The notes beneath the pieces were generated by a model. That model did not search any database and was not told the origin of the DNA. It worked only from the letters and a program-made list of their open reading frames with translations. A stretch of 64,000 bases of DNA. It comes from Octopus vulgaris (Eukaryota). The stretch spans positions 102,610,001 through 102,674,000 of the forward strand of contig OX597819.1 in the NCBI GenBank assembly GCA_951406725.2, in the 5' to 3' direction. This document shows, in pieces, positions 26,855 to 42,065 of this stretch. The translations under genes and the position numbers were made by a program. The first letter of the stretch is position 1. The number at the start of each line of letters is the position of its first letter.

Positions 26855-27070
26855 GCATGTGTGTATATGTCTTTGTGTTTGTATTAGTCCATACCCTCAC
26901 ATTGCTTGATACGGTGCTGGGTCTTTTTACGTTCTAATAACCTCACGGTTCAGCAAAAGAAATGAATAGAATAAGTACCAGATCTTAAAACTAATATTCT
27001 TAGATTAAACACTTCAAATCTGTGCCTTGCATGGCCATAGTTCAATGACTGAGACAAATAAAAGACGAAA
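26088..27070 (+). mobile_element. Old SINE family A copy split by insertions in its internal microsatellite
   Basis: Head ggcatggctgtgtagttaagaagc at 26088-26240; 3' half at 26865-27070. Confidence 0.7.
26360..26640. repeat. Imperfect AT-rich palindrome (~280 bp)
   Basis: aattagagaagaaccacc pairs with ggttctcctctaatt, and aaaaaaattaagat pairs with atcttaattttttt. The centre is tagtatataattagta..tactaattatatacta. Confidence 0.8.
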
Positions 27071-30000
27071 ATAGATAATTACCTTGTACTCCTGTAGTCA
27101 TTGCTGAATATCATTCCTCCATTGGGACTATTAAAAAAAATTAAGAGATGTTTCCCAGATTTTCAACTATCGACCATTCCTGCCAAATCGTATCACTAAG
27201 CGTTACCATTGTAGTTGACTATTGGTTCTAATTAGAATAAGTCTATTATTGTTGATGGGAAACAAGCCATCTTCTGTTCACATCACATAGCTTAGGAATG
27301 TGATGCTGAATTGGTTGGACAAAGTGCCTTCAGAGTAAAATAATAGGCTTAGAATTTCCCACTTGCCGAAGTATCGAACCTGTTCCGTAAGATACATATT
27401 TTAGCGTCTACCCGCGCCAGTTAATGTCTTTGCTTGTTTATCTCGAAACCACGATTTTTTTTTTCTTTGCTAGCGTCTGCTCACTTCTTTGTGTACAAAA
27501 GAAGACACGAGGAAATAGAGAAAACAATTCTGTAAAAACATAACTCCTATAATATTTAAATAAATCCAGGGTCAGTAAAGACATCATGTGTCAAAATAAG
27601 AAGAAGAGGAAGAAGAATAATAGTAAAATCAATTCTGATATTGTCCTTCAACTGTAGCTAAACCAACACAGCACAGTTTGTCCACGCGAATTTCGGTAAG
27701 CTATTAGAGCGGACAAATGTTTCCTGTGTTGACCTTATGAAGGTTTTGTCCAAGTAACATTCATGCGATCAAACAAATCCTACTGATTAGTTTGTTTAAT
27801 GTCTGAGTGTATGGAATATTAATAGTCTCTCGAGGGCGGTGGGTAGTAGAAACGGTAGAGAGTTGAAATATATGTCACGTGGTACTTTGATGCATTCTTT
27901 TATGAACTGAGTTCAAACCTCTCATCAGTTTTATAAAATGATTGCTAGCATTATATTGGTTTCAAGCAATCGAATATACACCTGTGTTTTAATTTGAGCT
28001 GTGGTACCATTCCAGAAATTAATAAAAGTAATCAATATAGAAAACGTTGAAAAGCAATAAGTAACATTAAATAAATACCAAGTGTTTTTAATCCATGGAT
28101 ACATCCATATTCTTTCATTTACGTGGTTCATCTCCCTGAGAAAAGCATAACTCTTACACAAATATATTGATTCTGGCCTACAAACATACAGCCTGTTTTT
28201 TTAAAGACTGCAAAATGACAGAATGGTGATAAATACATCTTAAGTAAAATCCGGTTGTGATCGACTTAGTCTCTGAAAAATTCAGGCCCCAAAATATACC
28301 AAATATGTTCTGCTGTCGATTCGAGGTACCAAACAATGTTTCTAATTTATTTATTATGAATTATTTATGTTCTCGATGATGCAACTAAAACGTACCTTAT
28401 ACTCCCAAGGAAATGGATGAAAGACTAAACTTTTCAACTCATATAATGTCTTATCAAAAATTAAGCATTTTTATGGCTTCATTGCATTTTAATTTCCTTA
28501 ATCTCTTCTACTAATTTTTTGTTAGTTTCAGCCTTCCACGAAGGGCAACCTGGAATATTGATTAAAGATAGTGAATACCAAGCTAGGATAACCAGAAAAC
28601 AGTAGTGATCGAAGATATATTTAAAGTATTGGAGTCGACTATGCCCTTGAAACATTAAGTACTGGAGTTGATATAATCAACTATAACTTTAGAATGTGAA
28701 TCGTCAGGGTTGTTATTATCAGACTATACATTTAATTTAGTTGGTCTTCTAACAAAGTTAAAAAGCAATACTTATATTAAAATGGTTACAATAATATTTT
28801 CATGCTATCTGTCTTCCAAAATGATTATCTACTGATGTAATAAACCTGAAAATCACAGTCAAATAAACGTTGGTATTTTATCCACCGTTCAATGTTAGTC
28901 TAGCTAACCGACGTCAACGTAATATTACAGACTTTACTACTGCCAGGCCGTTACTATCACCAGGCGACATCAACGAGGCAAGGACGGTGCAATGATGGTT
29001 GAAAAGCAAACTGGTTTTAGACTAAGAGATTTAAGTAGGATTACAGAAGCCGTTTACGAAATAAACAGTAGAATACAGATGAAGTTTATGGACAGAGTAT
29101 TGACGGGTTCTTTGAAGAACATGATCAATCGATAATCAATATTGATCCGCCCAATTTAATCAAGAGCACAGAGAAAATTAACATTGCGTCATAGCAAAAC
29201 TCTGTTCAAAGGTTTTATGGTTGTTCACATGAATAAGAATCTGTAGTCATTTGAATGATGTTAGGGAATATTATGTGTGTTGGAGTGGTGGTAAAGGTGT
29301 AGGTACGAGGTTAGAGATGCTATGGAGTTTGTGAGAGAGTGAGTTCGAACATGGTGGTGACGGATGGTGTTATTTTGGTTGCAGTCGTTGTTGTGTAGGG
29401 ATATTTAGTGAATGTAGTAGTAGTAGTAGTAGCTGTTGTTATGGAGGGAGAGTTAGTGGTGCCGTTGGTGTCACTAATATCTATTGTATATAGTAGTGAT
29501 GGCTCTATTGGTACTTGTGATGTTGATTAAGATCGACATCGAATTGGTATGTCAATAATATTTGTAGTAGTAGTAGTGGTGGTGGTAATAGAAGTATTGG
29601 TGTTAGTAGTAGTAAAAGTAATTGTTGAAGTGAGCGTAATAAATTTTCACTAGTCGTGTTGAGATCTGAACCAATAGGGAAACACAAGCGGAGAAATTCT
29701 GTGATCAAATTTATGCTTGGTGTGAACTTCTCATCACACTGCAAGATAGCGTAGTATAATTTGAGAAAATTTGGCTGCTCTTTCAAGCAGGTCGTACAGC
29801 AGCTTTTTAAGACGTTAAATTTTGATTTAAGAGAAGCTGGGCAGCTATTTCTAGCTTTCGGAAACATCCCAAGATCGTGATCCAGCAATCATAAGATCTT
29901 ACATTTTGCAGTCGTAGCGATCCTAACTGCTACAATTACTATACTGAGGAATATATTATCCAAAATATATCTCTTTTACTAAGATAGCACTTCGAAGGCC

Positions 30001-30229
30001 TGGATGATACCATTAGAAGTTCTATAGACTATGGATATAGTCCTACAATGTCTGTTATCATTGCTAAAGGTACCATATTCTAAAACACTTCAAGAGTCGT
30101 TCATCATAAATGTACATACACACATATACAAATTGTTTTCCAACATTTTTCGTTCTTTCTTTCTTTCTGTCTATACATAAGTTCATACATACATACATAA
30201 TATATACATACATATGCGCCTACCATTAC

Positions 30230-31048
30230 TAAGGTGGATTACTGGAAATCTGCGATGAAACTGAATTGCGACTAATAGCAGCTCAGGAAGGCACCATGAC
30301 TATCGATTTCATAAAAGCAATGATTGATAAAACTCAGACAGAGAGCAAAAGCAGATTTGTGGAAAAGGAGAGAGAAGTATTAAAAATCTTTTGAGAGAAT
30401 CCTGAAAACTAGCAGAAAACGAGCACAAGTGCAGGCGTAGCTGTCTGTAAAAGAGTACATTCGTATTCTTGACGAAAGTGTTGATTCGAAACAACAGAAG
30501 AGAAAAGTAAAACAGTATGAAAGCTAACCAGAGGTTCTGATGGTAAACAATACTGAAAAGACTTTGTGGAATTTTCCTAGAAAGACGGACCATAATATTC
30601 AAGCAAGAAGATCAGTTATGATAGCATAGAACAGAATAAATGAATAAACAGGATACGTTCATAGACTTTCCATTAGCATATTATAATAGGTCTGACACGC
30701 GAAAAATGACGAGATTGTGAATGATAATACTTACGAGTATTTCTATTTTATTTGGTGGTCTTGAAACAACACTCAAACTGCTAAGAGACCTAAAGGTATT
30801 CGAAGTGAAACGTGCACTGTCGATGGGGCCAACATGTAGGAGAACCCTGAATGAACAACCAAGGTAAAGGGGGAAAGAGGTTCTGATCACAGCAGCAGAC
30901 AAATGAGCCCGGGAAAAGGAAGGCAGTAAATCTATTGGACCACACGAAACGCCGTTCCCAGCTGAGCTGAAAACAGTAAGGATTCTACCCATTGCCCGCT
31001 CTGACCGCAGGAGGCCCTATTAAATAACAATACTACTACTACTAACAC

Positions 31049-31095
<47 letters not shown>

Positions 31096-31112
31096 TTAAT
31101 AATAATAATAAT
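30230..31112 (+). mobile_element. R4/Dong-like non-LTR retrotransposon, decayed 3' part with (TAA)n tail
   Basis: Broken frames read IAAQEGTMTIDFIKAMIDKTQTESK...KLAENEHK...IQARRSV, resembling the zinc-knuckle and restriction-like endonuclease region (IAAQEQAL.T.YIKAKIDKTQ). Confidence 0.7.
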
Positions 31113-31114
31113 AA

Positions 31115-31530
31115 TCCTTTCTACTAAAGGCACAACTCCTGAAACTTTGTGGGGGGGGGGGGGGGCTAGTTGATTATATGGAGCTCACAACGCAACGGGT
31201 ACTTATTTTATTGACACCGAAAGAATGAAAGGCAAAGTCGACATCGGTGTAATTTGAATTCAGAAAGTAAAGACGGACGAAATGCCGCTAGCATTTTGAC
31301 CGGTGTGCTAACGATTCTACCGGCTCACCGTCTTAATAAAAATAATTGTTATTATTTTAAATTTTTGCAACAAGGGTAGCTTGGGACAATTGGAGATGAG
31401 GCGAGTACATCGACCCCAGTGTTCAAATGGTACTTATTTTATCGACCCAGAAAGAATGAAAGGCAAACTCAAACTCGGCGGAATTTGAACTCAGAACGTA
31501 AGTGTGCTAACGATTCTGCCGACTCGCCAT
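31115..31530 (-). mobile_element. Two SINE family B copies
   Basis: gaatgaaaggcaaa...aatttgaa(c/t)tcagaa...gtgctaacgattct occurs twice. Confidence 0.85.
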
Positions 31531-31560
31531 ATACGAGTTCATCGCACTCTTCAAATATTG

Positions 31561-31650
31561 CGTTGGTGCCTAATTAACGACCATTTTATAATTCAACTAT
31601 TAATTAATAATTAATAAAAACAAAAAACGGTCGTTAATTGCGCACAAACC
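31561..31650. repeat. Short inverted repeat
   Basis: gtgcctaattaacgaccatttt ... aaaacggtcgttaattgcgcac. Confidence 0.7.
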
Positions 31651-31752
31651 TAATACATTGACAAACTCCAGAAGTACACAGTACTTACACATAAAATAAC
31701 ATAATAAAATTCATATATAGGAATATATATATATATATATACATATATATAC

Positions 31753-31812
<60 letters not shown>

Positions 31813-31824
31813 ACATATATATAC

Positions 31825-31859
<35 letters not shown>

Positions 31860-31979
31860 CACAAACACATATATACATATATGTGTGTGTGTGCGTGTGT
31901 ATGTGTATACACATATATATATATGTCAATAATAGTTAGATAAAAGAAATATAAATACCTATATATAATCATCTGTACG

Positions 31980-32045
<66 letters not shown>

Positions 32046-32050
32046 TAGAG

Positions 32051-32094
<44 letters not shown>

Positions 32095-32127
32095 GATAGA
32101 TAGATAGATAAATAAACAGACAGACAT

Positions 32128-32198
<71 letters not shown>

Positions 32199-33327
32199 TT
32201 TATATTACATTTATATATAATCGTGCTTTATCTAGAAAATATAGAACATATTTTTGTAGCGTAGCGCTCATTTACACATTTTTGTTCAAATGCGCGCACG
32301 CACGCACACACGCACACAAACACATATATTTGAGTGTATGTATTTGTGTATGTATGTATGTATGTATGTACGTATGTATGTATGTATGTATCTATGTATG
32401 TATATGTATATAAACAATCTGTGAGCAAATTCCCGGGCTTTTATTTGTTAAAATATTATTACAAATCCCTGTACAAATTTGGTCCCGTTCAATATGACAG
32501 CTTTGATTGCATCTAGCTTTCCTGCCGGAACTCGTATGTAGGGGTGAAATATTTTTTAATCCGTACTGAGAAATTTATAACTCTTTGCATACCACTCCTC
32601 AACCATTCTCGAAGGATTATCCCTAAATCTTGTCCGCTAGTCTTCATTTCCGTCATGTATCCGGTTATGTCCTAAGTTAGCCATCGGGCTGAAAATGATC
32701 GCAGTGTCAATACGCTGTTAACTCCCTTTGCATTTATATTTTATTTATTCAGTTTTATATTCACCTCCATGTTGGCCCAGCTGCGGCATGACTTCCGGTA
32801 TGACGATCTCTTATGCTCAGGTTGTGTGTTAGTCACGAAAATGTGTGAAACTATACTTTACGAAATATAAGCTTTTCTTTATCCATCACGCGATCAAATG
32901 ATTGGATGGAGGCGATCATAATTATTGTTTATCTATACCCAAGTGTCATATTAATCAATAGAACTTAAACGATTATTTCCCATCATCTGTGTAAATAAGA
33001 TTTAAAGCTTGATAGTGTGGGGGTGGGGTTGGGGTGCGTGCGTGCGTTTGCGTGTGTAATTATTATTGCGTACGTGAATGTGTAAATAGACTTGTATGCA
33101 ATTGCGTGAGTATATTTCAATTTCAGATTTTCTTTCACATATGTTTATTAATGTAGTTCTATTTACACGCACGTATGTATAACATTGTATATATATGTGC
33201 GTGTGTGTGTGTATGTGTATATATGTATTTATATGTATATATATATGTATATGTATATACAAATATATATATATGTATATATATGTATGTAAGTATATAT
33301 ACGTATTCACATGTACATGTATAATAT

Positions 33328-33875
<548 letters not shown>

Positions 33876-35329
33876 TCATATATATACATATATATATGTA
33901 TGTATGTATATGCTTATGTATACACTTATACATATATGTGTGTAACATTTATATATAGTACATTTGTATATGTATACATACACTCACATACACGCATTCA
34001 CATACACAAACACACAGATACACACACACACACGCGCACACATAATACACACACATATATATGTATATGCATGTATGGATGTATGTTTGTATGTACATAC
34101 GAATAATGTGTATGTATATTAGAAATACAATATACAGTGTAGAATGTATGTTCATCAACTATCTCCAGATGATTCTTCATGTTGCTACTTAGAATTGAGT
34201 GGCTACAAAGACAAGGAACGGTAAATACTGGTGTTGTGTGAAAACGTCCAAAAGAGTTTTCGAAATTCTCCTTGATGTAATATGTGTTCCAAAGGAATAT
34301 CATATCATTGTCTATAATCTATCTCCGTCAGCTATGGCATTACCGCCTCCAAGATCTTCTCGTATTCTATCACTTAAGTGAATAAATACACTTCTGTCTA
34401 GACAAAACGCTAATGACTAAGAAATCGCATTTTTCATCTCCTATTGAATCCTTTCTTCCCTGCCATATAAAGTTAATTACGGTCAAAAATGTTTTAGATT
34501 CTTTTACCTCCTAATCGAAGAATCTCTATTTGGACTTAAACGCTGATGAATTTTACTCTATGCAAAACTACATATTTTTTAGCTTAAGCTTCGGGTCTTT
34601 TTGTGCTGTTCGGAGCATTGAGTGGCAAGCTTCCTCCACCGGTGTTGGTTTGATGCTGGATTGCACATCCATTCTATACAATGTTAGCTGCCTCAGCATG
34701 TTCCTTTCATGCCTGCTGACTGTTGGTTCTCAATTCATGCTTTTAAGACTCCCTATAGACCAGTGATTCCTCACTTGGCGGATACGCCCTACCGATGTAG
34801 GTAGTGGAGAATGGTGCCGTACTTGCCAGTCACAAGGTTGTCATTACAGTGATTCACTTTTTTTATAGTCAATAATGTACTTTCCTTTGTACACGGTATT
34901 TAATAAAAGAGTTACAGTTAGATTCTTTTATATTATGTATTTGTAATGAAATATTACAAGTAAAGTTGCTTGTGAGCATACATTTTCCTGAAAACTTATA
35001 GTGGATCCTTGGGGTAAAATAATCGGTGAAACACTGCTATCCACTCTGTACATTGTATGAGGCTCGTTCAATTTTGTCAAGCATCGTTTGTAGGTATTAC
35101 AATGAAATTCGTTTAAAATCTCATATGTTCCGTATAATGTTCTATTCAAGATTATTTCAAGGAAAATAAGATCAAATATCAACCTATGTTTGTCCTTATC
35201 TATTTATAATTTTGATCCAATAATATGCAGTGGCAGCAATTTAGGCGAGTCATTAGGACATCAAATCACCAATTAATATATAGTTAATTATATTCACCCA
35301 CTTTTGTAGACCATTGTTTAATTAATGTA

Positions 35330-35548
35330 CAATAATCCATCGACTATCGCGACTGTTACGTTCCAAAACCCTCACGATAGGTGACAATCCGCGAATTAGA
35401 AACAGTACTGTATATTTTTTTAAAATCATTTTCATAATATTTATATATTTTTTTTAATTATAGATGCAAATCAACACCACAGAGGAATCGACTTTTGCTT
35501 AAATAATAAACCGCGATAGGTGAATCATGATATGGCGAGGGATTACTA
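35330..35548. mobile_element. Tigger/pogo-like MITE
   Basis: Degenerate TIRs TA|caataatccatcgactatcgcg ... gatatggcgagggattact. Confidence 0.7.
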
Positions 35549-35567
35549 CATAATATTTAATCATATC

Positions 35568-35715
35568 AGGGCGCCGAGCAGGCAGAATCGTTAGCACGCC
35601 AGACAAAATGCTTAGCAACATCGACTCTGCTTTCCATCTTTTGGAGTTCGATAAAATAAGTAATCGACTTACCATCTTCCCTGAAATTGACGGCTTTGTG
35701 CCAAAATTTCAAATC
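35568..35715 (+). mobile_element. SINE family B, internally deleted, with TSD
   Basis: Head ggcagaatcgttagcacgcc; aatatttaatca is repeated on both flanks. Confidence 0.75.
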
Positions 35716-35778
35716 AATATTTAATCAAATTCACCCATTCGATTAATAAAATAAGATCATCACCTTATTAATATTGTG

Positions 35779-35814
<36 letters not shown>

Positions 35815-35817
<3 letters not shown>

Positions 35818-36015
35818 GGCACGAGTCGCCATGATAGATCGTTAGCCACTACACACATTTTTTCTCTCTCCTTGTTTTTTCTGTGTCCCTTTCTGTAGAA
35901 GAGCGTAGGCTCGAAACGTAAAAGACTTTTTCTATTCCTGAGCGTTATACTAATACATCTGTTTATTTTGTACTCCACCTGTCTTCGTCTTTTGTTATTT
36001 TCGTAAACTCTCCCT
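35815..36015 (+). mobile_element. ~200 bp element in (TA)n carrying a minimal hammerhead-like motif (Penelope pLTR-like)
   Basis: 35889-35924: cttt CTGTAGA A GAGC gtag GCTC GAAA CG TA aaag. (TA)n lies on both flanks. Confidence 0.65.
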
Positions 36016-37699
36016 ATATATATATATATATGCATTGACATTAATTACATAATGATGTACCCCACTTGGTACATCATTATGTAATTAATATCCAATATTT
36101 GATCACACTCACATTTGTTGCTCTTGCCTGATAACATTTAATCGCATCCACAGTAGTCCACGATTGCTTAAATAAATATATTATTTAATCACACTCAGTC
36201 ATCTTTGTTGCGTATGTAGATCAGTTGACCGATGGCTTGTCATCGTTGAAACCGATAGAGAATGTGTCCTATTAAACAATGACACATCAGTGTCCCCTCA
36301 TTCCGTCCGACGAGTTATTTCATGTTGCATGAAGGACTGGTGAAATTTTACTTATATTTTAGTTTATTTATATAATTTTGCGTCATATATTTTTATGTCC
36401 CATCTTCACGGACACTCATCGATTCTTATGATGACATTATCATACATTATGTACCACTATCAATAAATTACTTTATCAATTAGTCACGGGTGGTTGATTT
36501 AATGTCTTCAGAACACACGACCTCACCCCTGTTTTGTATATGTTCGACTGAGTGCTTTCACGAGGCTCCTTACAAGGAAAAGAAAACAAAAAAATCTGAG
36601 ACTAACACAACTTACAAACAACAAACTGGCTTTGGACATATCCTGTCTACGTCCAAAATCATTCACGCCACATACTTAACTGTTAGAAAACGAAGCGAAT
36701 CAGGTTTTGCCTATGATCATGCGCAGATCTGCTTTATCAGAATTAAGTTTTTTTTTCCTATTATGTTCTCTCCCTTTTCCTTCTCTTCTCGTCTTCTCTC
36801 ATTCTCTCTCTTTCTCTTCCTTGTCTCAATCTTTCTCTAAAATTCTCAACGTCATTCAGAGTTAAAAATATGAACGCAACTCTATGCTTTAAGCTTCGTC
36901 GTGACATAAACACGTATGAGTTAATATGTTCACCTATACGATGCTTGCATGAATGTATTAGGACTTTTATGAGACTAGCTGAATGGGTTTGAATTAAATG
37001 CTTAACTTACCCGGCCATAAATAATGCTTTTGTCCGACTATTGTGCTAATATCTGGCTCTATTCATAATCTTCATAATGTCTGCAGTGAATGTTTATTGT
37101 GTTGCCACAATGAATTTCGTAGTAAAATCACCAGCCGTTGTACTTCTCTGAAACTTGCTTAATAAAGGATTAGTCCCAATAAGATTAATTCCTACAGCCG
37201 GGTTTTGGAAACCGTTTACACATTGAATTTACTTATATAGCAACATTAAGTTATTGTCGTAGAAATAAAACGGAAGTTTTGGAAGGAAAATATTGTTAGT
37301 AGCACATAAACATGCCTTGATTCTCGATTTTAACTGTCTTTTGCGGGGCTAATGACTCGTGAAAATTTACAATACTACACCTTCGTGTCAGTAGGCCCAG
37401 TATAAGATATAGTACGGCGGCGCGAACGCACATACACACGCATACCCAAACAGCGTGCGTAAAATGTATACACATTTACATAAGCACATGCACCCAACTA
37501 GATAGACGCGAATACATGTATGCACACACCACGCAAGCACATTTATAATATCAAATATAAGAACGTCCCAGACAAAGGCATCACACATGTATAAACTTAT
37601 GCAGATAAGGAGCTCTACCAAACACCCCCCGCATATACACACACATAAACACACGCATTTCTACATATATACATACATATATGTGTATATAAGTATGCG

Positions 37700-37739
<40 letters not shown>

Positions 37740-38276
37740 CAGGAGCTCACATAAATTTTTCTATACAAACGTATATATATGAATTTGAGTGTGTGTTTGC
37801 GCGCATGGATATTGATGTAATTGCGTGTATGCGCTTGTGCGTGTGTATAAATACATATAGTTGTGAAGCAAATACATATACTAATGTATATGAGAGGATA
37901 TATATATATATATATATGTGTGTGTGTAGATATACAAATATATATACAAATATATATACATATACATATATATACGTATATGTGTATATATATATGTGTA
38001 TATTTGTGTATACACACACACACTCATACACACATATAATACATACATACAGATATACACAAAAGACGCGGATTATTCAAGACTCTATTGAACTGTTTTA
38101 ACAGTGTGTGAATAAACGCTAATGTTAGTCTGAAGCTAATAATTCCTACAATACTTGTTTGACAGTAGTTGTCCATTAGACGAATAATTTTTATCCAATG
38201 TTAGCCATTCATATACTCTGAGATCACGCCCAGTCACCATTTTGCTTTCTCATACAGACAATGGAAGATTTAAATA

Positions 38277-38321
<45 letters not shown>

Positions 38322-38414
38322 GATGATAACGACGACGATGATGATTGATGATAAACTATTCGTCCTAGGACCTTTGTTGACTTGCTATTTTCTCAGCCAT
38401 TCTACTTACACAGG

Positions 38415-38972
38415 TACGAGAAATTGTATATAAGTATATATATATGTACAATAAATATCCGGACAGTTGCCATAATAACGAAGCTGTTTAGAGCAGTGCT
38501 TGGAAGGAAGGTGTGTAGCGTGTGATCGTCGCATTGACCATGGCAGAAAACATTGTCATCGGGATACCTGCGTAGAGGCCTACGCAAAGTTGTAGAAAGC
38601 GTATGGAGAGGAGTGTATGAATCTCACACAAGTGTACAAGTGGTTCAGACGTTTCGAAGATGGCCGAAAAAAAGTCGAGATTGAGGAACATCTTAAATGT
38701 GCATGCAGCTGTGAGGGGGAAATCGTCGAATCACATCCGTTTTTTGAAACCGTTGCGTAGGCCTCAAAACAATATCGCCAAGATTTTAGCAGAATTTGAT
38801 GCAGGCTTTCCTTTCAACTTTTGCTGTCATAGTCAATGCGACGATCACACGCTACACACCTTCCTTCCAAGCACTGCTGTAAAGAGCAGAATTGTGCGAA
38901 ACGGCTTCACTCTGCATGCTTTACCTTCGTTACAATGTCAACAGTATGGATACTTATTAATCAGACCACGTA
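38415..38972. mobile_element. mariner-derived element made of two inverted 5' ends
   Basis: 38490-38550 is the near-exact reverse complement of 38819-38880. The interior encodes EAYAKL*KAYGEECMNLTQVYKWFRRFEDGRKKVE (mariner HTH). The right end reads tacgtggtctgattaataagtatcc on the minus strand. Confidence 0.85.
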
Positions 38973-39414
38973 TTACAACGAACGTGTATGTATATGCATC
39001 TGTGTGAGTATACATATTCTCATATATAGATGCACACAAAATACATGTACAACCATATGCGTATGAGAGTGTGTGGGGGAGAGAGGGAGAGTGTGTGTGT
39101 GCCTGTGAGAGAGTATGTGTGTGCGTGTGTATGCATTATTGAAATTGGTATTTATTTCCGGACTCGAATCTCACTCACAGCGACATTATGTATGTATGTA
39201 TGTATGTATGTATGTATGTATGTATGTATGTATGTTATATGAATTTATGTGTGTATGCATGTATATGTGTGTAGGAGAGAGAGAGAGACAGAGAGAGAAA
39301 GAGAGAGAGAATATATGTATATATATACAGATAGATAGATAGATAGATAGGAGATAGACAGATAGATAGACAGGTGATATAATATATATATAAAATACTT
39401 ATGATATATATAAA

Positions 39415-39451
<37 letters not shown>

Positions 39452-39479
39452 ATGTATGATTTTTCTTTGAGTTTATTTC

Positions 39480-39880
39480 ATTTCTTCTTGAGAGAGTTCA
39501 AGCCTGTAACTAACCGTTTTACTCAAGAGAGTTCCCGCTGTTTCTAAATATATCATTGAGTTGGTGCGTTGGTTGAACTGTCGATGCATATACCCAGGTG
39601 TGCACCTGTTCACATAAGAATCTCACATGGAATTACTGCAATATCTTACGAAATCTGAAATTTCTTGCAAAATCTTCGCTGTGCCCCTAACAGGTTTGAT
39701 TTGGAGAACACGCGTCTATTTCTTTTGTTTTTTTTGTCCGTGAAACCAAGTGTTTCTAAGTTTTTGTGCAAATTTGTTGGTGCATTACCTAATACATCTA
39801 TGATGACAGATAGAAATGAGAATTCATAGTCCGGGTACAAGAACTATGAGTTCAGTATCAAGTTGCCATTTTATTCTTTT
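39480..39880 (-). mobile_element. 3' end of a REL-endonuclease non-LTR element (R4/NeSL-like)
   Basis: YPDYEFSFLSVIIDVLGNAPTNLHKNLETLGF resembles the C-terminal 'PI.IGALG..P..L...L..LG' motif. Confidence 0.55.
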
Positions 39881-40225
39881 ATTTGTTCCAGTGATTTACT
39901 GCCGCCATGCTGGAGCACCGCATTTAGTCGAGCTAATCGACCCCAGGACTTAATTTTTGTAAACATAGTATTTATTTCATCAGGGTCTTTTATTGAACCA
40001 CTAAGTTACGGAGACGTAATCACATAGCATCGGTTCTTAAGTTATGTTGGGGTGGCAAACACAGACACACAAACATATATACACACATAAAGACACGCAC
40101 GCACACACACACACACATATATATATATAAGACGGGCTTCTTTCAGTTTCTGTCTACCAAATCCACTTACAAGGCTTTGGTCGGCTCGTGACAATAGTAG
40201 AAGTGCCACGCAGTGGAATGAACTT
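39870..40225 (-). mobile_element. SINE family A
   Basis: ccatgctggagcaccg...gacgggcttctttcagtttc...gtgccacgcagtgg. Confidence 0.88.
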
Positions 40226-40439
40226 TTGATTGTACAGTCACATCTGCTGGGTAGCTTGTCTCTACAACAGTGCATGACTTTAGTATGTATGTATGTATGT
40301 ATGTATGTATGTATGTATGTATGTATGTATGTATGTATGTATGTATGTATGCATGCATGTGTACATACTTACACACTAGATACTAATCTTCTACTTAAAG
40401 ATTTATTTGCCATATATAAACATGCTGAAGAAAACAACA

Positions 40440-41272
40440 CGTAATTTAATGAGAAAAAATTCCAAGTTCTCCGCTCCCAGAGTGTTTGTGCTAACACGTC
40501 CCAACAAAGATATTTTAGACTAAACGCAGCAGTGATCCCAGTGGCAAATTTAATGCGCGACCTGGAGGTTAAAATGAGGAACGATGATTCTTTTCATGCA
40601 TGTATCACAAAAATGAAGCAACATGTAGGCAAACGACCGGATCAATCCTGAGAAGTTTCTGGACAGGGTACCTGGGGCTATGATGTTCCTAGAGAGAACA
40701 TTTGTGTGTCATCCACTTGACTATTGTTCTCAACTATAGTTAGCACATGATGTCAATTAAAAAGGAGAGCTCAAGGTAGTTCGGTTGTGTGTCACTAAAA
40801 TGATGGCATCAATGTATAATTTGAGAGATAGAAAAGAATTACGACTCTGCTCTCTGGAACGAAGATGGAAGAGAAACGCAAGTTTAAATATGAAAGTTCT
40901 TAGAAGGTTTGGTTCCAAACTTTCGCATCAAGAGTGATACCTGCTCCCAGTACGGGACACCACTCTACTGTTCCAAAGGTTTCACCCATTCTGTACAGAG
41001 TAAGGACCTGTTGCTAAAATTGAAAAGATTGAAAAGCGCACAGATGTTTAATATCTTACCGAAAAATTTAAGGAATTTACATGAAATGGAGTACATGATC
41101 TTAAGAAGCATCTTGATCTCCTGCTATCCAAGATTCCAGAGGAACATAGAATACGGCAAGAAACCTACATCAGGGCACAATGTCAAAAGTCCCTCATTCA
41201 CCAAAAAGCCAGCTACATGGGACAGACCATTGAAAAGGTGGCCAAACTGGTGGTACCCGGCACAGCAGTCTA
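40440..41272 (+). mobile_element. CR1/L2-group LINE, decayed 3' ORF2 ending at (TATC)n
   Basis: Broken frames contain LDYCSQL, LCSLERRW and FNILPKNLRNLH motifs. Homologous to 8850-9210. Confidence 0.7.
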
Positions 41273-41273
41273 C

Positions 41274-41348
<75 letters not shown>

Positions 41349-41506
41349 AATATATGTGTCTATCTATCTCTCTGCTTGCCTATTAATCTATTTATCTATC
41401 TCTCTGTCTATATATCTCTGTATGTGTATATATATATATATATATATGTAGAGTAGGTACGTACATATATGTTTATATATATGCATATGTTTTATTTCAT
41501 TTATTA

Positions 41507-41557
<51 letters not shown>

Positions 41558-41637
41558 TAATTAGCATATATATTATATAATATTTTACTATAAAATTGGA
41601 TTTAATCCTATCTGATTTTTTTCCTGTATTTATTATT

Positions 41638-41790
<153 letters not shown>

Positions 41791-42065
41791 GTAATAATAT
41801 ACATATGTATATAATTATATTAAAGGAGCAAGGGCAAAGCGACCTGTGTCCAGCATGCTCGAGGTGCTGAGACATTAAAAAAAACTACCAAAAAATCCAG
41901 ATAAATATACATATAGCTGAAAGTGAGCTAGTGAAAGAATATCAAATAGACCTCCTGTTAATTGCGAATTGTTTTCAATTTCTGGATTAAAACCATAAAC
42001 GGACTTTTTTCTTTCGTCAACACAATACAGAAAGGACAAAAGCCTGTTTATGGTTTTAATCATAA

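Noticed and set aside
28950-29135. Short open frame LYYCQA...MMVEKQTGF...MINR*
   Set aside because: The Ig-like YYC match is too short, the acceptor is weak and there is no other support.
34150-34760. Possible decayed LINE RT region
   Set aside because: Only a faint motif resemblance, which could not be assigned by eye.
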